Program-made: the position numbers and the translations under genes
Assembly: GCF_006345805.1 (NCBI RefSeq)
Contig: NC_043002.1
Span: 44,702,001 to 44,766,000, forward strand
Reading direction: 5' to 3'
DNA length: 64,000 nucleotides
From: Octopus sinensis
Lineage: Eukaryota
Notes under the pieces: model-generated
The model's input: the letters and a program-made list of their open reading frames with translations, nothing else
What the model was told of the DNA's origin: nothing
The model's database searches: none
Part shown: positions 24,650-37,750 of the stretch, in pieces
Position numbering within the stretch: the first letter of the stretch is position 1
Layout: every line of letters begins with the position of its first letter

Positions 24650-25102
24650 CTATCTGGATGAAATCCACTCAATCACACGCCAGATTTTACCATAACGATA
24701 AATACACGTGTGGTTCAATTGATTACATCCGACGTTATATTCAAATGCCCCTACTAACAGCGCGCCAAACTTTCACGGAAACAAATACTACATTTAGAAA
24801 TAAATGTAGCATAATTATAATTAATTAATAAGGGTGAGAGGATTAGATACTAATTTAATAGTATATCTATTCAACACCAAGTGGCCCAGTGCTCCGAGAA
24901 ATCTGGATTATTATAATATTTTGTAATATATTATAATATTTTATACAAAAATAAATATAAGAGAGTGGTCACTATATGGCTCACTCTAGCACTAGTTAAT
25001 CCAAAAGGTTTCAACCACAAAAATACATGTTTCCCATGAAAGTTAGTACGATTGTTAGCTCACACGAACAGGGCAAATAAAAAATAACAAAAATACAGAT
25101 TA

Positions 25103-25184
25103 TTTTGGGACAATTGTTTCGCTATTAATGAATTAAATGTAATTTTACTTACAAAAAAATCCACTTGTAGCTCCTCAGCCAAAA
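25103..25184 (-). ncRNA. Canonical type I hammerhead ribozyme (second unit)
   Basis: Same core and stems as 24569-24649; cleavage C at 25109. Confidence 0.9.
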
Positions 25185-25370
25185 CTATCTGGATGAAATC
25201 CACTCAATCACACGCCAGATTTTACCATAACGATAAATACACGTGTGGTTCAATTGATTACATCCGACGTTATAATTCAAATGCCCCTACTAACAGCGCG
25301 CCAAACTTTCACGGAAACAAATACTACATTTAGAAATAAATGTAGCATAATTATAATTAATTAATATATA

Positions 25371-25416
<46 letters not shown>

Positions 25417-25944
25417 TATATATTATATATATATATATAATATATATATTATATATATATATATATGTATGTATATACATATATATTTGAACTAGAATTT
25501 CTCAAGTTATTAAATTGAAAAATATCAAATTTACTGAAGCTCCCTGTATACATAGAGCTGCCTCCAATTCAGATCTGATATACATTAAATTTTGTGTTAG
25601 AAGTAGCCCTATGTGACATTAATAATATATATATTGAGTTGTTAAAAAAAATTGACATCATTTAATAATCTAATACCTTAAGCTATTCTCGTTCAAATGA
25701 TCTCAAATTTTAAGAGTATCTGTAGAAACAATGCAAAACTCTGTTCCATGTTTTTATTTCAGTGTTTTTTTTTTTTTTCGGTATAGGAATACCATTCACT
25801 TTGAAAGAGATGTTTAGTGTGATAGAATATGCTCGAACACCGTCGGATACTGGGTGGTTCACGAAAGCTGATATCATTTTATAATGTAATAACGTGAGCA
25901 TTTCTCGTTCAAATGACCACAAATTTTAACGGCATTTGTAAAAG

Positions 25945-26917
25945 TATCGGAAGAGCTGGTCGAAAGAGTTTGTGAAACATTTTTTGTCAAGTCCTAAGAA
26001 ATCTGTAAGAAGGGCATATCTGGAAAGCCTGGCTTGACATGTCATAAGGAAACGCTTGTGAATGATACCCTAGAATCTGTAGCTTTTAGGAGCCTCAAAG
26101 ACAGATGATAAGCAAAAGTGCATGCAATTTTGTTAAATATGCAAAAGAAACTTGAAACAACCTTGAAGAACATCTTGTTTTCAGTGATGAGGCCACATTT
26201 TATATGAATGGCAATCAACAAGTATAATGTTCACATTTGAAGTGAAGAAAATCTTCATGCTACAGTTGATCACATGAAACTCTCACCAAAAGTGAATGTG
26301 TTCTGCGCCCTATCCAAGAATCAACTTCGTGACCCATTTTGAGGAAAATGTGACCGGTAATGTATAGCCGCAAATACTTCAGAACTGGCTAATTAATTTA
26401 AGCTCATTGCAAATGAACATGACACTTTACTATCTAACAGGACGGGACTTCACCTCACCGGAAGCTCAATGTGCAGGCTTATCTCAATGAGAATCTTCCA
26501 GAAAGACGGATCAGACGTGCTGCTGGTGAAGACAATGTGCTGTTGAAATGTCTGCTATGTTCATCTGACCTGGTGTCTTGCAAGTTTTCTCTTTTGGGCT
26601 TATCTAAAGGGACTGGTCTATGTCCCCACTTTTCTTACAAGTTTAGAAGAACTGAAGCAGAAAATTGCTGCTTCATTGGAGACTGTTACCCAAGACATGG
26701 TACAGCGTGTTTCACAGGAGCTGGACTACTGTCTCGACTCGCAACGTGTGACAGTGTACATATTTATAACTTTTGAACTTATTTGAAATTGTCATGAAAT
26801 TAACATACCTTTGGACATCTGCTTTGCATTTTGTTCTGTTCGTTTCCGTTGCTTATACTATGTAGATACTCAGATATTTACATATCAGATTATATCAAAA
26901 CTGTGAAACATCCTATT
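25945..26917 (+). mobile_element. Tc1/mariner-superfamily (rosa/Tc3-like) transposase relic
   Basis: Frameshifted motifs SPKKSVRRA, LVFSDEATF, SPKVNVFCALS, QDGT.PH, YLNENLP, ELKQKI; TIR-like GAAACATCCTATTTA at ~26905-26919. Confidence 0.75.
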
Positions 26918-26983
<66 letters not shown>

Positions 26984-27221
26984 TGATATACATATTATTT
27001 TTGTCAAAATATGATCTGGTTTTATTGCATTAGTTCGAATTTGTTTTGCAACGTTTATCATGTCACTGAATTCTAATGAGATGCTCATAGGATATGTCAA
27101 GTATAGCATATATCTGAGTGTGTGCGCGCGAGTGCACGAATGAGTGGTGGCTATGAGTGTGCGTTTGTAAATGATATATTTAAATATGCATATATCACAT
27201 AATATAGTTTTGGGAAAATCA

Positions 27222-27253
<32 letters not shown>

Positions 27254-27256
27254 CAC

Positions 27257-27302
<46 letters not shown>

Positions 27303-27355
27303 ATGTATGTATGTAATGTATGTATGTATGTTATGTATGTATGTATGTATATATG

Positions 27356-27389
<34 letters not shown>

Positions 27390-27925
27390 TGTATGTATGT
27401 ATGTATATGTATATAATTAGAAAACAGAAATTAGAGGAAATGTACTCATTATATGAGTATATACTTTTCGAAGTTGAAAGCTCGCCTAACCGCTAATCCG
27501 TATTACCATTGCGTGTTCTTGTAAAAGGAAGAGCAGTATCCAAGAAACGAGAAATAAGTAATCTATTTTAGGAGACGAACTATTTCGTCGGCTAAGAACT
27601 CCATAAAATTCATGAGAAGAGATTAAATTACAATTGAAGCAAATAAATACATTGCAATCGATATTTTAAGGAGGAAAAAAATCGAAATTTGTATCTATAT
27701 TGAACAGAACTGTATACACGTTTATTTGTTGTTATATAAAAAATTAGAATGTAGTTAAGTCCAAATAGTTTACTAATATAAACTACTGCTATTTCATGTT
27801 ACTTTCAAAGTATATGCTCATGCTCTACTGCGCTAATTCGAATATGTTTTGCAAGGTCCATCACATGTCACTAAGTTCTAACAAGAAACGTACGTGATAT
27901 GTAAGACATTGTATAAATATGTGTA

Positions 27926-28012
<87 letters not shown>

Positions 28013-28067
28013 ATATATGTATGTATATGTATATAAATACATATATATATGTATATATACATATAAA

Positions 28068-28277
28068 GTTAATCCAAACAAGAAAACAAAAAAAAACAAA
28101 AAAAAACACAGCAACGCGAGGACGTGGAACAAATAAAGTATTATTGGACCTTAGGAAAGAAGGGAAGAAGGAGGGTTAACGTTTCGAGCGGAGCTCTTCG
28201 TCGGAAACATAGGAAGGAAAGATCACGAGAAGGGAAGACAGAGGGAAAATATCGCCAGCGGTACTCACGAGGTCACA
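28068..28277 (-). mobile_element. Family D repeat with HHR-like motif 28175-28208 (core CCGACGA)
   Basis: Reverse-complement homolog of 7134-7339. Confidence 0.75.
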
Positions 28278-28292
28278 TATATATTATACTAT

Positions 28293-28372
<80 letters not shown>

Positions 28373-28677
28373 TACATATATGCATATACATATATTCATG
28401 TTTACACGCACACACAAACATACACACATATATTTTTATATAAGGAATAAGTTTAAAATAATGGTCATTACATACAGTTCCTTTATTTCTTTCTTATCAA
28501 TCACTCAGTTTATCTGAAGCACATCCACTGATTAGATGGAATTGACATGAACCAAAACTTGGGACCCTACCAGACTAGCTCTTCACTAATCTAAGTAATA
28601 TTGTTAACCTAGTGTGCTCAACAGGGAGGTTATGAAGTATTTTGCTCGGATTGATAATCCCTCACTATTTGTTTTAT

Positions 28678-28711
<34 letters not shown>

Positions 28712-28713
28712 CA

Positions 28714-29559
28714 CGAGGTCTGATCAAGTATCCGGACTGAAACGAAGAGTGAAACCGCTTGGCAAAATTGACCTTGAGCTCTGCCGTCCATGCGCATTAA
28801 GTTTAAACGATCTGTCTCACATCCCCAGTTTACAGTAATGCTTGGAAGGAACCTGTGTAGCGTGTGATCCTCGCATTGACCATGACAGGGAAATTTATCA
28901 TGACGATTCCTGCTCAGTGGCCTTCGCAAATATGTAGAAAGTAATGGAGAGGAGTATCTGAACCGCACACAAGTGTACGAGTGTTTCAGGCGTTTCCAAG
29001 GTGGCCGATAAAATGTCGTTATTGATGAACGTTCTTGAAGAGCCGCAACCAGCAGAACTGAGAAAAACATCACAGATGTGCGTGAAGCTGTGAGAGGAAA
29101 TCGTCGATTACCATCCGTGTGTTCTAAGAGGATGTGCAGATAAGTTACGGTTCTGTTCAGTCCATTTTCACTGAAGATTTGTACATGAGACGCGTGTCTG
29201 CCAAGTATGTGCAAAAACTGCTTTCAGCTGACCAGAAAGACACTCGGGATTCAGTTGCACACAAGATTAACTTCATTGTGGCGAGAACGATGAAAAATTT
29301 TGAAAACCTTGCGTTCATCTCAGAGCAGGTATCGCCAAGCAGATTTTCTGCTCAACTTTCTCTGTCATGGTCAATGCAACGATCACACGCTACACACTTT
29401 CTTTCTAAGCACTGTTGTAAACAGCGGAAGTGAGCTAGAACGTTAAAACTTAGGACACATGCACAGCAGAGGTCAAGGTCAACCTGTGCCAAAGCTTCAG
29501 TTTTCGTGATTTAGCTTCGTTACTGTTGCAACAAAACAGATATTTATTGATAGACCAGA
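28714..29559. mobile_element. Fold-back mariner derivative with ~190-bp inverted arms
   Basis: Left CGAGGTCTGATCAAGTATCCGGACTG; both arms include the 5'UTR and ATG (28882 +; 29368 -); interior encodes N-terminal transposase (VYECFRRFQGGR, MRRVSAKYVQKLLSADQK). Confidence 0.75.
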
Positions 29560-29674
29560 TACATATTACATACATATACATACATACATACATACTATAT
29601 ACTACATAACACACTACATATATACATATAACATATATAATACATTATATATATATATATATATATATATAATA

Positions 29675-29707
<33 letters not shown>

Positions 29708-29708
29708 T

Positions 29709-29779
29709 TGGGGGCGCAATGGTCCAGTGGTTAGGGCAGCGGACTCGCGGTCCTAGGATTGCGGTTTCGATTCCCAGAC
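29709..29779 (+). mobile_element. SINE family A tRNA-like head only
   Basis: GGGGCGCAATGGTCCAGTGGTTAGGGCAGCGGACTCGCGG...GGTTTCGATTCCCAGAC. Confidence 0.8.
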
Positions 29780-29811
29780 GAAAACAGTATACATACATAC
29801 ACATATATATA

Positions 29812-29991
29812 TAGTCGCCATGATAGATCGTTAGCCACTACAAACATTTTTTCTCTCCTTGTTTTTTCTGTGTACCTTTCTGTAGAAGAGTGTAGGCTCG
29901 AAACGTAAAATACTTTTTCTATTCCTGAGCTAATACATCTGTTTGTTTTGTACACCACCGGTCTTCGTCTTTTGTTTTGTTCGTAAACTTT

Positions 29992-29994
<3 letters not shown>
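29812..29994 (+). mobile_element. Short Penelope-associated repeat, family E, with HHR-like motif 29875-29912
   Basis: CTGTAGA-A-GAGT(GTAG)GCTC-GAAA-CG-TA-AAA; homolog at 33491-33681 (-) and 3' fragment at ~37665-37715. Confidence 0.7.
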
Positions 29995-30073
<79 letters not shown>

Positions 30074-30581
30074 GCGAGAAAGAAGCAACAAGAATGGATA
30101 GTTTTTTAGTACAATCGTTTCATACAAAGACAGGCTTTATTAAAGTTGCAAAAATTGCAGCATATAAACGTGTCCCGTACTCATCAGCTAAAATACATGT
30201 GAGTTCTCTAGACATCTAGTGGTTGAGGCTATACTCATGAAGTAATGTAGATAATTAAGTAACATAAACAGATTTCCAAAGTTCATTAAGTTCTTTAAAG
30301 ATGATGCACAGTCTTATCACAGATTTTTAAAAAAGTTTAATAGCATCAACAGAGAAGGTGACGTAATCCATAGTGTACGTATGAAATTTCCAGAGATATG
30401 AGGAGGGATTACATACTCACAGACGACAAATTTATCCATGGCTAATCACAACTAGGTGGGTATCAATTCCTGTTTATTAGCAGGAATTATATGCTGCAAT
30501 TTTTGCAACTTTTAATAAAGCCTGTCTTTGTATGAAACGATTGTACTAAAAACTTATCCATTCTTGTTGCTTCTTTCTCGC
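30074..30581. mobile_element. Element with ~95-bp inverted arms (MITE/foldback-like)
   Basis: 30074-30167 vs 30487-30581 nearly perfect reverse complements; TA-rich flanks; no transposase. Confidence 0.75.
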
Positions 30582-30711
30582 TTATAATCACCCCACATTA
30601 CTGTATGGTTATAACCGTATAGTTTTTTGGTGCATCTAAGTTAGGTACCATATTCAAGTAAATTCATTAAAATTGACTTGAATATTGCTTTTTGTATATA
30701 TATATATTATA

Positions 30712-30744
<33 letters not shown>

Positions 30745-33490
30745 CAGTAACCAAAGAAAAATGAATGAAGACGATGGAATGTTTATATTAAGTAGCATGT
30801 GGTATTCAAATAAGAATTATGAAAATACAATATTCATACAATATTCCATACAATATTCAATGAAAGTGCCACTAATTATCTTTCCAGGTTAGTTATACTG
30901 GTAACACCAGAATACGTAGCTGAATTTTTTAATAAATATGAGAAAGGTAGTGGCTAGATGAACAGAGCAATAACTCAATTAGCATGTCGAAAATAAAGTG
31001 TCTTGTTAATTTCCCTTCGTCTGAAATAATGTGCACAGGTATAACTACTAACTTTTATTGGTCAGGGAACTAAGATTTATTTTATGTGCATATAATATTC
31101 GAGAGTTAAGAGGTTAACGTATAAAATTGTAATGTTCAACGAAATGACATTTTACTACAAAATTGTCAGAAGTGCCATTGATAGGAGGAAGACAACTATA
31201 AACAGAAAATCGAGATAAAATCAATACTTTAAAAGATGAGTAGTTGGAATTAGAATAATTGTTCGGAATAAGTGTATATAGTTACCACAAGAATTATGAC
31301 TGGATATTGTTTGATCATTTACAGTTGAATTTAAATATATTCATTAGTTAAGAAATGAATGATAAGTTACATATAAAATAATTTAAGTAGGATATAACGG
31401 AAATAAGTCTCAACTTGATGATACAGACTGTCTAAAACTTTCTGGAACTTCCCTCGAAGTTGCCAAATCTGGATGTCTTGAAAAATATGCCTCGATCTTG
31501 CAGAAGCTGACAGATTAGATATCATGACAAAACTGACTCTGATGATATTCACTACATTTCTCATTAGAGTAGAAGTGCATTAAATTTAGAATTACCCACA
31601 CTTCTCACAACAACTATACAACTTGTAGAAATACGTTATGTAAGAGAAATATTACATGATTTAAACCAACCACCCCCCAATTTCGACATTAATGTTGCCT
31701 CGATTTTCCTGAAATTTTCTTTGGTGATTTGAAGAAGCATTTCTCTTTCCAAGTAAGTTTCGTGAAATCTTTAATAAACACACTGTAAAATGTTCGTATT
31801 ATGCCACACCTAAACTAGCCGATAATGTAACTGCAATTAAGAAACATTCACACTGTATCAATAACAGGGAATTTTCCATCAATTATTCATGTAGTCAATA
31901 CGACTCTAAGTCTTCTGTAAATAATATGTTTCTCTCTGATATAAATAATACTAATAAATTAGGGCTCTCACCCAGCAGTAAAAATAATAGTTATATAATA
32001 ATCAATGTCTCTTCCGATTATAAACTTAACAGCATGCGTAACTGTATAGTTACGCATACAGTTGTATGCGTAACAGCATGCGTACCTGTATGGATCAATA
32101 AAGGTGCTCTTTAAACAACCAATGTCTTGAAGCGAATTAACTTGATAAATTTTCTGACAAAATACTTGATAAATTACATTATTGCTGCGCGGGCATCGAA
32201 ATTCAAATTTAGATTGCATAATCATATAGATTCCTTCATTAATGAAAGAAAAGAATTTAGTATACACTAGCTGAAATATCTGGGATCTGAAAAAGACAAA
32301 TATTGTGTATTCAATTTTGTGTTCATAAATAGGCATTGCACTTTCAAACAAATGACCTGAGATAACTTTAATTTGTGTTCTATGAAGGCACTAGAAATTC
32401 TTAGTTGTAAGTGTGGTATAATTAATAAGCGTGATGAATTATTGTTCCAACCAATTCAATAAAATTATTAAATTGGTTGGAATTCAATACAACTCTCTTT
32501 AAAATCTTCTTTACCTAACTTAATTTGAATAGTTTTAAAAGGATCCTTTTTAATCTTTGTGTTATTCTATCTTTATGATTGGTGGCTATATATCATATAA
32601 TGTCAACTATATATTAATACTTTCTGCTACCATTATTTCATAAATAACTAATCGTTTATTTCTTAACTAATGAATATATTTAAATTCAACTATAAATAAT
32701 CTAATAATATGCAACCATAATTCTTGTGGCAACCATATATAGATTTATTCTGGGCTATTAGCCTAGTTCCTAGTTCTTATCGTTTTAAGTATAGTCTTTA
32801 TCTCGATTTTCTAGTTATATTTGTCTCCTTCCTATTAATGGTATTTTTAACTATATTATAGTAAAATGTGATCTCTTTGAACATTTTAATTTTATCTGTT
32901 AACTTCTTAACTATCCACTATCATATATGTAGAGATTCCGTCTCTTAGTTTCTTGACCTATCAGCGTTAGTATTCCTTGCTGTTCACACTATTTCAAACG
33001 AAGAGAAATTATTAATGGGACTCTTTGTCCTCATAGTTCTTCAACTTTCGTGTATCTCTGATAGCGTTACAACTTGCTAATGGATTTATTACTCTGGTCT
33101 TATAGCCCATCTATTTCTCATTATATTGAATAAAAGGCTTCAGCTACACATACTAGTATTACCCTAATAACAAACCTGAAGAAATAATTAGTGGCGTTTT
33201 CATTGAATACTGTATGGGTTTTCACAATTTTTTGATTTGTATACCACTACTTTTTACTTGATATAACAATTTCATTCCATATCGAAACGATCGTAACTGT
33301 TTAATGCAATACCTGCTTAATGTAAAAGCTAATCTTCATAGCATTGTTTGTTTGCTTTAATATTCTGTGACAGAGGGGCCAATCTCACAAACGGTACATT
33401 TGCCTGGATCGATAGTTTGTATGGAACACTTAAAAACCTAAATAATGGAATTGCTAAATCACTATCGTCTCAATATAAATGTGTCTGTAT

Positions 33491-33681
33491 ATAACGGGAA
33501 GGTTTACGAAAATAAACAAAAGACGAAGGCAGGTGGAGTACAAACAAACAAATGTATTAGTATGGCACTCAGGAATAGAAATAGAACAAGTCTTTTACGT
33601 TTCGAGCCTACGCTCTTCCACAGAAAGATACACAGAAAAGAAACAAGGAGAGAAAAAAATGCGTGTAGAAGCTAATGGTCT
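33491..33681 (-). mobile_element. Family E repeat with HHR-like motif 33591-33628
   Basis: Minus strand TCTTT-CUGUGGA-A-GAGC(GUAG)GCUC-GAAA-CG-UA-AAAGA. Confidence 0.7.
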
Positions 33682-33830
33682 ATATATATGTATATATATA
33701 TATGTATGTGTATATATATATATATATAATATATATATATATGTATATATTATGTATATATATATATATATCTGCGTCAGCTCCTTTCTTCAATTCACCA
33801 ATAATATATATATATATATATATATGTATA

Positions 33831-33868
<38 letters not shown>

Positions 33869-33940
33869 TGTATGTTTGTGTATATGTGTGTATGTGTGTG
33901 TGTGTGCGTTTGTGTGTATGCATAAATATCGGAGAGTTTT

Positions 33941-34138
33941 AAGGCGGCGAGCCGGCCGAAACGTTGGCACGCTGGGAGAAATGCTTAACGGTATTTCGTC
34001 TGCCGTTACGTTCTGAGTTCAAATTCCGCCGAGGTTGACTTTGCCTTTCATCCTTTCGGGGTCGATAAATTAAGTACCAGTTAAGCACCGGGGTCCATGT
34101 AATCGACTTAATCCCTTTGTCTGGGCAATAAAGAAATA
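33941..34138 (+). mobile_element. SINE family C
   Basis: AAGGCGGCGAG...GAGTTCAAATTCC (B box)...GACTTTGCCTTTCATCCTTTCGGGGTCGATAAATTAAGTACCAG...AATAAAGAAATA. Confidence 0.85.
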
Positions 34139-34531
34139 ATAAATATGGGAGAGTTTTACATAAATATATATAGGAGAGTTTATATATGTGTGTATTTATG
34201 CATATGTGTGTATACATATATATGCGATAGTTTTATATATATATATATTAAATCCTCCCAAGCATACCCACGCACACAGATATATATATATATATATATA
34301 CATACACACACATATATATATATATATATATGAAAATATATATATGTATACATATATATATATACATACACATACATATAACATACATAAACATATATAC
34401 ATACATATACATATATACGTACATATATATACATACATAAACATATATACATACATATACATATATACATACATATATAACATACATATATATATATATA
34501 TAATATTATATATATATATATATATTAATAT

Positions 34532-34570
<39 letters not shown>

Positions 34571-34572
34571 TC

Positions 34573-34780
34573 GAACTTTAGGTTAGTTAAAATATGTTTG
34601 TGACATATATCAATTCTAAAGGCAAATTCACGGCAGTTATCTTGGAGAGAAAAATTCTCACGTAGGTATAAATTTCTCTTTTACCATAGGAGAGATTTCT
34701 TTTTCTTCCAGATAACTACTGTGAATTTGCCTTTAGAATTTGAAATATGTCACAAACATATTTTAACTAACCTAAAGTTC
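34573..34780. mobile_element. 208-bp MITE-like element with ~74-bp inverted arms
   Basis: GAACTTTAGGTTAGTTAAAATATGTTTGTGACATAT... vs ...ATATGTCACAAACATATTTTAACTAACCTAAAGTTC. Confidence 0.75.
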
Positions 34781-35134
34781 ACTTAGGACTACACACTGTT
34801 TGGGAGCGATATTTTCAAGAAATTTCAAAAGAACGAAACATTTCCTTGTGGGGAGACTGAATACTGAAAGCAGTGAAATTTTTGTATAGTTTTATGGAAA
34901 GCATTTTGACTGGTTTTTAATGTTTTCTTCATTCGACGATTAGCAGAGAGTCGAACTCGTCATTTTTGAAGTGGTTCAACAACAAATCCCAACTTGTCGG
35001 GATTCACAATACGGATTGTTCTAATCATCCCTGCGATCACTCATTAGAAAACGTGGGTAACAAGAACCCGTATGAGTGATCATCTTGAGCCATCTTCTCA
35101 CCCTGTGTCGACTGAAACAATCTGAATTAAAGTA

Positions 35135-35700
35135 TTGGGCTGTCCGGAAAGTTCATGCCGAATTATAGCAGCTTACGTTTCGAATTATTTTAGAACATGT
35201 TTGAGTCCATAAAATAGGATTTGACTACACCGCCATTTTGAGCACAGGTTAAGCTATCTTTTCATGGAAATGGTTTAAGTTCCTATAACCTGTGTTAATT
35301 CTGTAACCCTTTAAACTGGAAGGTAAGAGAGTTCATTTTCGGCACTTGATGCTTTGGAAACCAGACAAAAATTGCTGCAGCTCGGCTGGGATGTGTTACC
35401 CCCACCCTCCATATTCACCAGATATTGCTCCTTCGGATTTCCACATATTCAGGCCTCTGCAGAATAGTCTTAATGATAAAAATTTCAATTCCTTGGATGA
35501 TATAAAAAGATACCTTGATGAATTCTTTGCCATGAAACCACCTCAATTCTGGGAAGAGGGTATTTTCAAGTTAAAGGGAAGATGGTGACGCATTGTGCAA
35601 CAAAATGGTTTATATTTGGTTGATTAAAAATGTAATGGCAAGTATTTATTGACCTTTTCTTTTCTTTAAAAATCGGCATAAACTTTTCCGGACAACCCAA
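35135..35700 (+). mobile_element. Non-autonomous mariner (internal-deletion derivative), both TIRs and TA TSD
   Basis: TA|TTGGGCTGTCCGGAAAG...CTTTTCCGGACAACCCAA|TA; C-terminal HPPYSPDIAPSDFHIFRPLQNSL...KLKGRW. Confidence 0.92.
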
Positions 35701-36040
35701 TACTTTCCTCAAGATCACAATGTACAACCGGTGTAGGGAGCGAAACTACTATATTGCATACTGAATACAACACCGCAACCACCGGACCAAGCGTCAGGGT
35801 CCTGGTTCATCCCTTCGGTTTGAGCTTATATAACTTTCTTTGGTAGCTGATTTATTTTGACTCTGACGAAAATATCGCGTTGGTCGTTGGTCGTTGGTCG
35901 TTCCCTATATTTTCAGGAGATCAATCGATTGTTTGATGCAACCGAACCATAAACGCACCCAAATGCTTATCTGAAACAGCTGTAAGCCTATTATAAAAAA
36001 TAATAGATGTATATAATCCCATTATATCTATTTCATTTAG

Positions 36041-36110
<70 letters not shown>

Positions 36111-36400
36111 GATATGTATGTATGTATGTATGTATATGTATGTATGAGTGTGTATGCATGTGTATGCATGTGTGTATGTGTATGAGAATATATGTATCAT
36201 ATATCATATATATATGTGTGTCTATATATATAATATTTACTTGAGATTAGACTCAATTTTACTTTTCACAATAGGGTATAACTAAATTGCTGAAGTTGGT
36301 TTTTGTTTCGCTCTCTCTCCCCTCAGCTACCTGTCTTTTAATGCCTCTCTTTCTCTCTCTATCTCTCTTCTATCTATCTCCTCTTTCTCTCTATCTTTCT

Positions 36401-36449
<49 letters not shown>

Positions 36450-37163
36450 TCATCCTTATAACTGCCAATCCTCTTCTGTGAGAGTGTTGATGAGATGACC
36501 TTGTGGTGTGTGTATGTGTTGTATATTGATTTGTGACAAGGGAACTTGTGATATAGGCTGTAACCACACGCCACACACGAAAAGTCCACGCTCAAAGCCA
36601 GAGTGCGGGCACATTTACCAGGCGAACCGAAAGAAATTTAGAATATAGTTTTCAACGTGAACATGGTCCAACCGACCAAAATTGGCGAGGAAAGTAAAAC
36701 AAAAAGCATTTTGTGAAAAGAAACAAATGGATCATGTAAGAATTATTATTGTGAATGTAAAACCAAAAAAAAAAAAAAAGAAAAACAGAAAAAACACGCG
36801 TATTCATTTCATGGAAATATTTGCTCCAAACAGATCATTTTATTTGTTGATATACAATTTTTGGGTAATCTGAAACCCAAAAGGAAGGTATTGCAAACAC
36901 GATCGTAATGTGAATTTTCAGCAGAAACACTTTACACCGTACAATACTCAGTAATACACAGAAGCTAAATCCCAGAAAAGTAGGTACAACTGATAGTATT
37001 CATCTAATGGATTGGGGATGCATGTGGTCATCAAAAATATACAGGACAAGGGATCAACTGAGCAAATATAAGTCAAGAGCGTTTACATAGAAATATATAT
37101 AAGTGTATGTGTGTGTGTGTGTGTGTACATACATATATGCATATATGTATGAATGTATGTACG

Positions 37164-37201
<38 letters not shown>

Positions 37202-37222
37202 TATATGCATATATGCATGTAT

Positions 37223-37263
<41 letters not shown>

Positions 37264-37476
37264 CCGTGTGTGTGTCTGCATGCCTGTGTATTTTGATAAA
37301 CATTTATGATATATATTATTACATTATGCTTTTATAAGATATGTATAAGACATGATAATATATATGCATAGACACAAATTGACATATACATACATATATA
37401 CAGGGCAGGGCAAACGTGGATGTGTTGATAAAAAGCTCATATATATATATGTATGTATATATATATATAATATATA

Positions 37477-37515
<39 letters not shown>

Positions 37516-37750
37516 GTGTGTGTGTGTGTGGTGTGTTGTGTGTGTGTGTGTGCACATCTAAATAGGATAACATTTTCAAAAACTTTTATCAGTGGCCAGC
37601 ATATTAAAAAATACTTTTTAATTATGAAAATTATTAACAACTTATAAGTTGTTTAATTGTTCGTGTGTTTTCCACCTGCCTTCGTCTTTTGTTTATTCAT
37701 AAAGCTTCCGTTATATAATATATATATATATATATATAGCTATATATATA

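Larger units (their letters stand above)
24283..25365 (-). mobile_element. Head-to-tail tandem of two ~534-bp units (retrozyme/pLTR-like), each with a canonical HHR
   Basis: Unit starts at 24283 and 24816, third start at ~25352 truncated into (TA)n; about 6 differences between units; no ORF; terminal AATTAATTAAT.AGGGTGA motif resembles the other pLTRs. Confidence 0.85.

Noticed and set aside
29709-29779. tRNA gene
   Set aside because: A and B boxes are present, but it is the SINE A head with no cloverleaf acceptor stem
31391-31518. Possible terminal exon GYNGNKSQLDDTDCLKL...KLTD*
   Set aside because: Weak polypyrimidine tract; phase incompatible with the nearest candidate exons; no recognised homolog
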